DNA from: Ophelia neglecta
Lineage: Eukaryota
Direction of reading: 5' to 3'
DNA length: 64,000 bases
Assembly (NCBI GenBank): GCA_965285935.1
Contig: OZ260666.1
Location: 69,316,001-69,380,000 of the forward strand
A program made the translations under genes and the position numbers. Under the pieces are notes generated by a model. The model did no database searches. It worked only from the letters and a program-made list of their open reading frames with translations, and had not been told where the DNA came from. Below, piece after piece: positions 51,986-62,985 of the stretch (within the stretch, counting starts at the first letter, position 1; each line of letters starts with the position of its first letter).

Positions 51986-53411
51986 TCTCCTCTTCTCCAA
52001 GTTTTAAAGAAGAAAGAAAACTTAAATACTTTGGAGATGTATCTGTTGATTCTTCTAAACAAACCCGTTCTTGGTTATTCCGGGTAGAGCTTGAATTAAT
52101 TATGTTTACCTCAGGTTTGTCTTCTTTCACCATGAACACTTATTATTGTACCGTTATGATCTGTCCATAACAAGGGTGGAATTTATGTTAAAACTGTGTT
52201 TATCGTAAAAACAATCTCTGGTAAGGCGATAAACCAGACATCTTCCGAGTTGTCATCGGCACACTCCGTATTTGGACCCTGACATGTGGCTACACGACTG
52301 TTTTATTTCAAAGCGGTTGATCCGGGCGTGGTTCCTTAGATGGACTTGTGGGTGATCTCTCGATGAAACTTCCCCTGTCATTTACTATGCAAATCCACGT
52401 CAATCAATGCCTACAGGGTAAACTCGGGCAATTTTGCCCACCGTTTAATTTCGCGCGGTGAAAAAATATATAGTATAATCTCATTTCCTGCGCAGTATAA
52501 AAAGGATTCTATTAGATACGGGCGATTGAGCTAGTTTTTTTCTTTCAGACATTTTAGCTGTTTTTATGCGGCCTTTCTATAAATAGTAGTAGGTACAAAA
52601 AGGACACTTTAAACTGACGCAGTCGCAGGTGTATTTTAGTACAGTATTATTCCCCGCAGGGGTTAGCCTTATTCCGCGCACTGTGAATGAGGCCACTTAC
52701 TATGTGGTATTAAACAGCGCACAAAATTAGCCGATTTCACCATTGATTTGTTTAGCTTGATAAGATTTATAAATAAATTTCCGGGATTCTGTTTACCTTG
52801 CAGTGTTGCTGAGGTGTTCCAAGAGTCATTAAATGGGAGGCTGTGATGGTTGGTAGCCTATGAGGGTTTTGTCAATATGGGTTTCTGTTCTTATTAGGTT
52901 CTTTTGCCAGCCAACCAATATTGGCATCAGAACAGATATTCGTCAGAACAGATCTTTGGGGACCCCCAATACATGTGAAAGAAATTGAGTCAAGTATTTC
53001 CATCGGCCTGTAGATCAAAAATATCAAACACTTTTTCCTATTACCATTCAGTTATACACAAGAGTCGGGGAAACACTGGAGATGGCTAATCATAGTTCTT
53101 GTAAGAAAACAAATTTAAGCGTGACAATGCAAATGATATAACTGCGACTATTTCCCAGTTTTGCAAAAAGAAAAAAGTGCGCTGGTATTTCTGTCTTGTT
53201 CCTGCGTAATAAGTATAATATCAATGGATTTCACTTCACATCAAGCACCGTTGGTTTCCTTTCTTGAATTTTCATTTGTTAAAAGTCCAAGATGTGTTGT
53301 ATGATTTGTGACTTGCGATTGCTTTAAGGTTTCTGGTTTGGTGTCTCTCCCAAGGGGAGGTTTAGGGGCCTAGGAAAGAGCAGAAAGACGGCTCAGTTTG
53401 CACCGGAGGTA

Positions 53412-53589
53412 CAGTGAAACCTGTAAATCAAGACCACCCAAGGGACTGCAAAATACTGGTCTGAATATGGAGGTGGTCTGATTAGACAGGTTATTTTACC
53501 TTCAAAGTATGCAGTAAGCTCATCTGATGAATGGTCTGAATTGACAGGTGGTCTGAATACAGAGGTGGTCTTTGAGGCAGGTTGCAATG
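53412..53589 (-). mobile_element. MITE family A
   Basis: TA|CAGTGAAACCTG...CAGGTTGCAATG|TA. Confidence 0.9.
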
Positions 53590-54340
53590 TATATGTTTTT
53601 ACCGCGAACATTGGAAGGGCAAGAACGCTGGGAAAAGAATAAGACGCTGCTTGTACTGTACGGAATTGTACGGAATCGTACGGAATCGTACGGAATTGTA
53701 CGGAATTAAACGAGGCCTTAAAGTACCCGACATAAAAGGCTAGGCCTATCTCTTTCCGAAAATGATAAATATTGTTTAATTTCCTTTCGCTTAAGTATAG
53801 GGCAATCTGTATCACAGTATGGGGGGGGGGGGGTACACTGTACGTGCACTAACTAATAGTAACTGTTAAACCATTGAAAACAATAAGCTGTATGGGTAAT
53901 TTTCAGTCACGTGACTGGGATAGTGCTGTTTTTTCTCAACATGTATTTGAGCTCACTGCACGTAATTGCAGAGCTGTACACTGTACGCCCTACTGTGTGT
54001 ATATGAGAGCAGTATATAAGCTGTCTACCCCACACCCCACCCCTCTCTACCCTCCAACCCTTCTCTATTTTTTTTGACACACACGACGACACCCTGGCTA
54101 GGATATCGCAGAGGATCGTGTCTATTCATCTGCTTGTCATTTCACTAATGAATGCCACTAATGATAAATGAGACAAAGAGCATTCCTCGCCCCATTTTAC
54201 TTCTAACAGACCTCCAGGACCTATCACCCGTCTGTCCCCAGCCATATACCAGTTCACGGGAGGGACGCAGGGTTAAAGGTCACACTAGATGGTGGTGAGG
54301 ACGCCACACTTTCTTGATACATGATAATAATATAATAATA

Positions 54341-54518
54341 CAGTGAATCCTGTGAATTAAGACCACCCAAGGGACTGGAAAATGCTGGTCTGATTTTAGA
54401 GGTGGTCTGTTTAGACAAGTTATTTGACATTAAAAGCGTACATCATGGTCCTCATATTTGTGGTCTGAATTTACAGGTGGTCTGATTAAAGAGATGGTAT
54501 TTAAGGCATATTTCACTG
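54341..54518 (-). mobile_element. MITE family A, inserted in an (ATA)n tail
   Basis: TA|CAGTGAATCCTG...TTTCACTG|TA. Confidence 0.9.
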
Positions 54519-54520
54519 TA

Positions 54521-54570
54521 ATAATTTATTGATTTATATATCGCCTATCCAAGGCTCTAGGCGCTGTACA
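54521..54570 (-). mobile_element. L2-type LINE/SINE 3' terminus
   Basis: Minus strand reads TGTACAGCGCCTAGAGCCTTGGATAGGCGATATATAAAT...AATAAATTAT, with a CGCCTA/TAGGCG stem and a (TAT)n tail split by the MITE. Confidence 0.55.
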
Positions 54571-55167
54571 TAAAATTTCAATCAATTTAATTTTAAAGAT
54601 AAATAAATAGCAATCAGCAAAAAGGTAAAGTTTGGTTTAGCAAAAGGTAAAATAATGAAATAATAGATAGTTGAAAGACATAATAATAATGAAATAAGTG
54701 TTCATGGCACAGTGAAATCATGATGCTTCTTCGAGCGTGTTCAGGTGTCCCCTCCCTGAGGGCGGTCGGGGGGACTAAGCCCCCCAGACCGCCCTCAGGT
54801 CCGGACACCTATACAGCCGCCAGACCCCCTCAGGGAGGGAATAGTCATCCAGCACGCGCCGAATTATATCAAAACTTGAAAATCCCAGTTTCATCATTGC
54901 TGTCATCTGCCGACAAGTGCTATCCGTGACAGGTCAACGTCACAGATTATTTATACATAACTTTACGATTTTATTGACGGCACACCGGCTCAGAAACCTC
55001 AAAGTATTGTTGGCCATATCGTCCTCTAATTTCACCATTCTGACAATTCCACCATGATAGATCCGCTTTTTAGTGTCGGATTTGTTTACATATCTGGTTC
55101 ATCTTTATGTAAACAACCTACTTATCACTGTCTTCCTGTGATTTATCTACGAGTATGAGCCTGTCTA

Positions 55168-55762
55168 TGTTACAGGGGTCCGCATTCGTGGCTAGGGGGG
55201 GACCCCGTGGGAGGTTAGAGATGGTCCCCGTGGGGGTTAGATGGGGTCCCCGTGGGAGGTAGCCGGATTAAGAACACCAGAGAGATCCTTTTTGCACAAC
55301 TTTATTACGTGATGGAGAAATCCAGATTGAGTTTCCTGTGACGTGACCGCAGAGGGTGACGGGTCTTAAGGGGGAGGACGACAGGGGGATCCGATAGTCT
55401 CTTTACCGGATGAACCTCTTCTCGATGGCGCTGCCCTCTACACGCGCTACACTGATCTGGGACATTGGTCTGAGGCCCTATCGCCCCTCCATGAGTAGAT
55501 CTTAGTTCATAGGGGCCCCCTCTCTACGGGGGGAGGGAGAGACCTCTCCCTGAGGGGCTGAGGGTTTAGCTGTGGGTATAAGCTCCCAGACCCCTTTTTT
55601 TAAGTGACTGACAGACTCAGGTTTGGTTTCCGACCATATGACCTCCGAGGTTGGCGAGGTTGTCGAGGAGATTGATGGCGCTCCTTGTGGGATTATCCGG
55701 CGTTCTTGTCAGGGTGGCCTGTGTCTTTGGAGGCCGTGTAAAGGGGGCCTCAGCAGTTTAGA
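55168..55762 (-). mobile_element. Probable solo LTR (Gypsy-like, 4-bp TSD)
   Basis: Starts TGTTAC and ends TTTAGA (one change from TTTACA). TCTA is duplicated at 55164-55167 and 55763-55766. Minus-strand AATAAA at 55301-55306 sits ~135 bp from the TAACA end. GC-richer than the flanks. Confidence 0.55.
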
Positions 55763-55766
55763 TCTA

Positions 55767-55944
55767 CAGTGAAACCTGCCTTACAGACCACCTCTATTAT
55801 CAGACCACCTGTCATTTCAGACCACTTATACGAGGACCATGATGTATACTTTCAATGTTAAATAACCTGTCTAAACTGACCACCTCTGAAATCAGACCAT
55901 TATTTTCCAGTCCATTGGGTGGCCTTAATTCACAGGTTTTACTG
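55767..55944 (+). mobile_element. MITE family A
   Basis: TA|CAGTGAAACCTG...CAGGTTTTACTG|TA. Confidence 0.92.
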
Positions 55945-56419
55945 TAATAACAAAAGTGGGGTCTCCTTATAGTCATAAGGGTAGGGGTTGGGGACGCCGT
56001 CCCCCGTACCTCCTCTTCCCGTCCTCGTAATACAATATTTGATATGCATTTTCCACCGAATCTTACGTGGGCGTTATTTTATACCCCAAGGAGCAAACAT
56101 CGTGGAGGTAGGGGGTGTGCGGGGGTGGGGGGATGGATCCCTCAAAACCGCCCTAGCCGGTCAATCCATCAGTGGTAAAACCGGACACTTACGGTCACAT
56201 TTCTAAAGTTCCTCAGAAATTGGATTGACCCCTTGAAATCAAACTAAGTTAGATTTTGGGTATGGGGTATTTGGAGGGGGGAGGAAGGCTCAACCCTTCT
56301 TCGCATATTTGAATACTCCTTTGCCAGAGTTTACCGGGGGAGGGGCTGTTTTTTTTCTCACTACTGGTAAGCTCGCTCTTCCCCGAACACCTGGGCTGGA
56401 GGGGAGGGGGGGGGGAAGA

Positions 56420-56580
56420 ACTCTTAACCGTTGCCCTAATTTGTCGGAGTTGCTCTGAGCTTGCCTGGGGGCAGAACCCTTACCCGTAGCCCTAATTTGC
56501 CGGCGTTGCTCTGAGCTTGTTTGGGGGCAGAACCCTTACCCTAGCCCTAATTTGTCGGAGTTGCCCTGAGATTGCCTGGG
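56420..56580. repeat. ~55-bp tandem repeat, 3 copies
   Basis: GCCCTAATTTGTCGGAGTTGCTCTGAGCTTG..GGGGGCAGAACCCTTAC. Confidence 0.85.
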
Positions 56581-57191
56581 TGCCCGGTGACGTTGGCCAG
56601 ACCCATGTCATTGAGATATTGCCCTGGGATGCCGTGGGTGGAGGGTCCCTTCATCCCAGACGTCAGCCTGCCACTGGGTGACTGAGGGCCACCGGGCCAG
56701 TCAATACCGTCTTTGTTCTATACCACCAGTCTCACACTGCGGCAAAATTCACATCTAATCTGGCTATTCAGTTCGGTGGGAATCATATGACCTTTTTCAT
56801 CACGAATCAATCTTTGAAGTCAACTTTAAAAAATAACTTATACCAAACCGGCGGTTTGTTCAAAAACGTTATTCCTTAAATCGTTTTAGCACGAGTTATT
56901 CCGGAAATTCACGCCAAGTGATAATGTAAAACTCTTCTGTCAAAAGATTTAATTTGAACAAACGGCGATTCTTACATATTATGACAAATAAGATGTCATT
57001 CGTCAAAGCTGTTGAATAACGAGAATTTTTGTCTGAAAAAAATGGCCTTTAAACTGCTGCCTCACGACACAGTATGGCTGAAAAAGACCATAGGAGACAT
57101 GGGAATTCGTCTCGTATTTAGTAGCCATACTTCGCGCATAATTAGGGTGTTTACTGCGCGGAGTTATACGATGCGCGAACTTGTCCGACTT

Positions 57192-57370
57192 CAGTGGCGG
57201 ATCCAGGATTTCAGGAAGGGGGGGGGGGGGCATATGTCTGGAATGTCCCTGTTACCAACCCTCTGAAACCACCTTGCATGGGTCCAGAAATAGGCTCTGC
57301 TTCCGGCCCACTTTTTGGCAAAATGGGGTGGCCCGGGCCCCCTGCCCCCCCCCCCCTAAATCCGCCACTG
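57192..57370 (-). mobile_element. CAGTGGCGGAT-ended MITE, 5-bp TSD GACTT
   Basis: GACTT|CAGTGGCGGATCCAG...AAATCCGCCACTG|GACTT. Confidence 0.88.
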
Positions 57371-57796
57371 GACTTTACCTCGTCTTTATCCTGGGCTATG
57401 ATCCAGCAATTTTACCCCATCGCTAAAATTGTCCAGTTTACAATAGGCACATGAGTCATGAGGGTGAAGACAGCTGGTAATACAGAGCGTTTACCCTAGT
57501 CAACACAACACTTTTAGGGGAAAGTTCACTACTTGGTCGACGGCTTTGGCTATATCTAAACGGCTAAATCTATTAAAGAATTATAATGTCTTGGTGACAG
57601 ACTAAAATGTACTGCCGTAAGAATGGATATTAGTTACCGCTTATATTTGAAAAGATGTGTAAGTGTATTGTTGTGGCACGTCGTTTTATTCCGCGCAGAA
57701 AGTTGCCATGATTCTCGCATTCTGTGCGCAGAATAAAAATAACAATGAATTACAATCCAAGCTGAACACCCGTAGCAAAAAAAATGAAGAGAAGTA

Positions 57797-57974
57797 CAGT
57801 GAAACCTGCCTTAAAAGACCACCTCTATATTCAGACCACCTGGCAATTCAGACCACTATATGAAGACCCTGCTGTGCACTTTCAATGTAAAATAACCTCT
57901 CAAAACAGACCAACTCCATAATAAGACCAACATTTGACAGTCCCTTGGGTGGTCTCAATTCACAGGTTTCACTG
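57797..57974 (+). mobile_element. MITE family A
   Basis: TA|CAGTGAAACCTG...CAGGTTTCACTG|TA. Confidence 0.92.
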
Positions 57975-58095
57975 TAAATCCAATTGGGTGTAGAAATAAA
58001 TGAATAAAAATAAGACTTCTCCTTCACGGAATAAAACTGTGAGCGAAATAATTCGAGTATACCTTATTAATTATACCGTCAATATTTCATATCTA

Positions 58096-58274
58096 CAGTG
58101 AACCTGCATTAAAGACCACCTCTGTATATACCGACCACCTGTCAATTCAGACCAATCATCAGAGGACCTTACTCTATACTTTAAATGTAAAATAACCTGT
58201 CTAATCAGACCACCTCCATATTCAGTCCAGTAGTTTGCGGTCCCTTGGGTGGTCTTAATTTACAGGTTTCACTG
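58096..58274 (+). mobile_element. MITE family A
   Basis: TA|CAGTGAACCTG...CAGGTTTCACTG|TA. Confidence 0.9.
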
Positions 58275-58984
58275 TATATGGTAGACAATTTAAGGCCCGT
58301 AGATCCTAGGTTATTTTCTCTTGTAAGTCTACAAGAGTCTACCCTCTGATGTTGGCATAGGCCTGTGACATTTATTTTTATAAGCGTATCTTTCTTTGTT
58401 TTATAAACGGCTGGATATCACTCGAGACTTAAGTTTACTCAAGCACACATTCTTGGGTAGTTTTTAATTCAATCTTCACGATGACAGAGACAGTATACAG
58501 TCCCTATCAAATGTTCATGGCCCGTGTTATGACCGACATCAACGATCACCGCAAATTAACTTTGATTTAATAGCATATTTTACAGGCACAGTTTGACCTA
58601 TTTACAACCTACACATCATGTGTCTTTCATCAAATCCACGTAAATTTCAAAACGAACTTTTTTCCGTCGTATCGTGCCATAATAAATAATGTGTTTTTTA
58701 CTGACATTCGGAGATGTTCATTTAGTTTTCTCGCGCAATCAAGAATAAAGGTGATTTGCCAGTAATATGGTATATTAATTTCATTAAATACATTATTCTA
58801 ACTTTTTAGGGTATTCTAGTTAAGTGTCGAGAGTAAAGTTGTTTCCCATTAGGTTTCACATTATTTAATTACCAAGCACTGGCAGATATAGAGGCAGATC
58901 ACATGGGTCAGGAGCCCCTTACGCCAGGGGATATAGGTGGGAGACGCAGGGGTTAAGGAGCCCCTTATAACAGGGGATATACGT

Positions 58985-59360
58985 AGATGGAGAAAAGGGT
59001 TAAAGGCCACCCCACCATACATCTCCCTAGCGTGGGAGGCGAAAGGGGTTAAAAGCCACTGCACCATACATCTCCCTTGCGTGTGGGGCGAAAAGGGTTA
59101 AAAGCCACTCCACCATACATCTGCCTTGTTTGTGGGGCGAAAGGGGTTAAAAGCCACTGCAAGACACATCTCCCTTCTGTGTTGGACGAAAGGGGTTAAA
59201 AGCCACTGCACGATACATCTCCCTCGTGTGTGGGGCGAAAAGGGTTAAAAGCCACTGCACGATACATCTCCCTCGTGTGTGGGGCGAAAAGGGTTAAAAG
59301 TCACTGCACGATTCATCTCCCTTCTGTGTGTAGCGATAGGGGTTAAAAGCCACTGTAAGA
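58985..59360. repeat. 49-bp minisatellite (~8 units)
   Basis: AAAAGCCAC/AAAAGTCAC at 59051, 59100, 59149, 59198, 59247, ~59296. Confidence 0.92.
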
Positions 59361-59833
59361 TACCCTTTATGTGTATAGGGCAAAAGTGCCACTTCACTAT
59401 ACAACATCTTTGTGAAATATTTCGCGCATCCTCAGTGCAGTAAAACGCTCATGTCCGTCCTTTCATACACGGAATAAGGCGACGGCGAATGAGGGGGTTA
59501 GGTTTATGCTATATAAAACATTACGCGATAATGCCAGACTTCCCTTTTCCCGGCTGTTATCTTTCGCCCAACTGTTTGTTAATTGTTTTTGAGGTTTTAG
59601 GGGTAGCCAGTGGTCACTCCGACATCTGATCTCTATACGATTAGTGGACCTGCCGTCTGCTTTGACCTTGTCTGACCTCCTTGACCTTGGTCTACCTCCC
59701 CTTGAGTACCTAGTTGATGTACCTTGAAGGCTTAAATGAAATAAGTTTCATTAAAACTAATCCACCCCGTTGAGAGCTAAGTATTAGGGGGAGAGGGCGG
59801 GAGAGAGGAGAGGGGGAGGGGAGGGATGGGATG

Positions 59834-59962
59834 NNNNNNNNNNNNNNNNNNNNNNNNNNNNNNNNNNNNNNNNNNNNNNNNNNNNNNNNNNNNNNNNNNN
59901 NNNNNNNNNNNNNNNNNNNNNNNNNNNNNNNNNNNNNNNNNNNNNNNNNNNNNNNNNNNNNN
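59834..59962. other. Assembly gap (N run)
   Basis: 129 Ns. Confidence 1.
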
Positions 59963-60500
59963 GACAGAAGACATAAAGTCTCTTTGACTTATGACTTGAA
60001 ATTAGTTGGTAGGTAGCCTAGTTCGATGCAATCACTGCGCGGAATAAGGCTAAATATATTCTTCACTTAATTATTGCGTTGAGTCTTTTTGCTCAGAATA
60101 ACCCTATGCCCAGCTGCCAGTTCGGAATAAATCCTATCGCAAAATTAGTCGAATTTACCCAGTAACTAACACGCCACCACTGTATTTAAGTAGACCAATG
60201 TTACCAACTCAGATCACTGGTAACGATCTACTCCGGCGTCATGGGAAGCAGAACCTCCGACAGCCCGGCAGTAAGCCAGCGGGGAATATTTACAATATTT
60301 AGAGTGATCCCTTGCCTCCCGCCTCTCACACTTAGGGTCGGGTTACCGCACGCGATACCAGACCGCTCTGCTCCGGAAAAATACCGAGCTAGACATTCTC
60401 GGCCCTGTGTGAAATAAGCTGAAGTCGGGTAAAGTCGTGAATTGTTTAATCCGAGCAGCATGCATGCTAATTTTGCGATGGGGTAGGCTTATTTCAAGTA

Positions 60501-60630
60501 CCGTGTAAAGGCTTAAGCAGGATTAATCATCGTTTAATTCCGCGCAGTAAGTAGCCTTACACAAGGTGCGCGGAATAAGGTTATTCACTGCGCGAAATTA
60601 AACGTTGCGCGAAGTTACCTGGCTTTTCCC
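60501..60630. mobile_element. Representative of an old palindromic MITE family C (TTAATTCCGCGCAG / CGCGGAATAAG / CGCGAAATTAAAC motifs)
   Basis: The same motifs recur at ~16700-16840, 20725-20775, 26220-26370, 31040-31180, 50420-50560, 52420-52740, 57125-57180 and 60035-60150; boundaries are degenerate. Confidence 0.6.
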
Positions 60631-61147
60631 TACACCGAACAAGAATAGGAAAAACGACCTGCGACAATCTGATAAGCAAATTTGGAATTTATTAAGTCGC
60701 CTAAAATGAAATATTACCATCGGTGTAGGTGGTTTTAATTGGAATTCGGTAAGGTTTTGTTCGTCTGTGATATCAAACTTCTCACTGTTTACACCATAAT
60801 ATCACTCGCCCAATATTCGTTTACAATCTTCTGCATTATCAGTTTTATTTTTCAATTCTAGACTTTAGATGATTGACAGATAGCTTGGTGCCGCCATTTT
60901 TGTTGTTATTTTTCTATGTTGTGAGGAAATGTGAGGCGATCCAATACATTTAAACGCCCGGCCTCTACAATCCATCGATTTGTAACAGCTGTTTGTTTAG
61001 TTCTTGCTGAAAGCCATACCCAGCCTCCACAATATTTTATTTCATAGCCGGAAAGCATGTAATTTGATGAATTTTACTCGGCTACTCGCCCTATGTTTTG
61101 CCACATATTTAATTGCAACAATAACTTAACATATCGTCTGCCTAATG

Positions 61148-61230
61148 TGACCTTGCACGTTGGAGGTCGTGACATTGCACGTTGGAGGTCGTGACCTTGC
61201 ATGTTGGAGGTCGTGACCTTGCACGTTGGA
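61148..61230. repeat. 22-bp tandem repeat, ~4 copies
   Basis: TGACCTTGCACGTTGGAGGTCG. Confidence 0.9.
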
Positions 61231-62760
61231 GATCACGGCCTTGCAGGTTGCAGGGAACTCAATAAATCTCCTATCTCTTACATGTTTAATCGAGGCTTTT
61301 CGACGTCATTTTTCGTATTTTCACAACATAGTGTGCATATAGCGACTAGATTCGCCTAGAGGCTTATGTATTAGGGAAAAATATCAAAAATTCAGCAAAG
61401 CAAATGTACAAAAATAAATTGCTAGAGGCTCGTGGAAGTCATGATCTCGGAAGCTGGAGGTTGATCTTGAACATTTTCCGAATTTATAAGTTCGATGTCC
61501 TGTCCTTGATTTGTTTAAGGTGGTGCCATCTGGTGTCTCCAATTCTCGTCATACACGCCTGAAAGTATTTAGTTTTTACCCCACAAGCCTCGATTTCTCT
61601 TCTCATCCCTTTTATTTTGTGGAAAATGGTTGAGTTTTTCTGTTTTCTTTTTTGATCTTTTAGCTATCCCTTCGTGGAGTGAAACCGAGGAGAGGGGGGG
61701 GGGGCTGGTATACAGTCACTTTGGTTTAAACTTAGTTTACTTGAGTAGGAATATAAAAGAGGTAGGATCATAGTTTTGTCACGTTGTTTTTAGTGCTAAT
61801 AAGGGCAATAATATCGATATAAACATCGAAGGCCCTACGATGTAGATATATGATATAGTGCCTTAATAATTCTATAATCGCTCTAAACTTCTTTGTGGCC
61901 GTTTTACATATGAAAATGACATATATAGTAACTGACACGTTTTTTAACATATTTGTCCACCGGTTGTTGTAAAATATGTTGGAATTCAACTGCTGTCGAT
62001 CAGCAAAACAGAGTAATTCGAACTAACCCTGTGTCAATTTTCCGCGAAAAAATCTTAACTGTCTCGGGTGCGCCCGGTGGTGAGAACTTTCTGCTGGGTA
62101 GGTGTCTGTATAACCTCAGGAGGAGAAAGTTAAGTTCCGTAAAACCCGCCTTGGATTCGAGGAAATAAAGAAGCCCCTAACATGAGCTTTTAAGTGCGTA
62201 ATTTGACGGGCAGATTCTCAAAGGCTAATTCTAAATTAATCGATCATTTATCACCAAAAATATAACTGATTCTGATTATTGCAGACAAAGGAGAAACATA
62301 TGTAGACTGTCACTGCAAATATGTGTCCGTGTGACCTTTTTAAAATCGAGACAGGTCACACGTCATTTGTTTATGTTAAAGTAACAAATTTTACAAACCC
62401 TTAGCAACATCGTGGATACCACAACAAACTCTGACCGCATTACGTCACGGTTGCCATGTCGACAGACTTGACAGCCGATGGACTGGGCTATTGTCAACTT
62501 TCGTCTGGGGGGTGTTAATTATTGACATATTCATTTCGATTGTCAAAACTGATTATTACATTTCACTTTACTATTTAAAATGACCAAGTAATATTGGTTA
62601 ATGGAATAACTAAAGATATAAGAACTTCATATATGTGTTTTGTTACTTTTTTTGTCATTAAGAGAATATAGGTCAAAATTCTATACCTACACGCCCCTTG
62701 CGTCACGTAAAATGGTTTAAGTAATTTATGAATGGAAGAAACAATAATTCAGCCCGACTG

Positions 62761-62985
62761 GGCTTTGTGTTAACGGCGAAAGCGAGAGCTTCGGCGATAG
62801 CAGCATTGGTGACACAATAATCTAAAATATCATTTATTTTATAACCCAACCCTAAGCCAGACATTTCAATTTTGTTTTTGATATATATGGGTAAGGGTAG
62901 GGTTATTATTGTGTTCATATTAGCTCAATTTAAGAGGCCATGCGGCTTTCGTCGAAGCTTTCGCTTTCGCCGTTAACACAAAGCC
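62761..62985. mobile_element. MULE/Mutator-like MITE with 9-bp TSD
   Basis: Perfect 23-bp (imperfect ~46-bp) TIR; GCCCGACTG duplicated at 62752-62760 and 62986-62994. Confidence 0.9.

Noticed and set aside
53393-53815. 140-aa minus-strand ORF (and 915-1262)
   Set aside because: Read through MITE copies (and, at 53.7 kb, a 10-bp microrepeat); no domain
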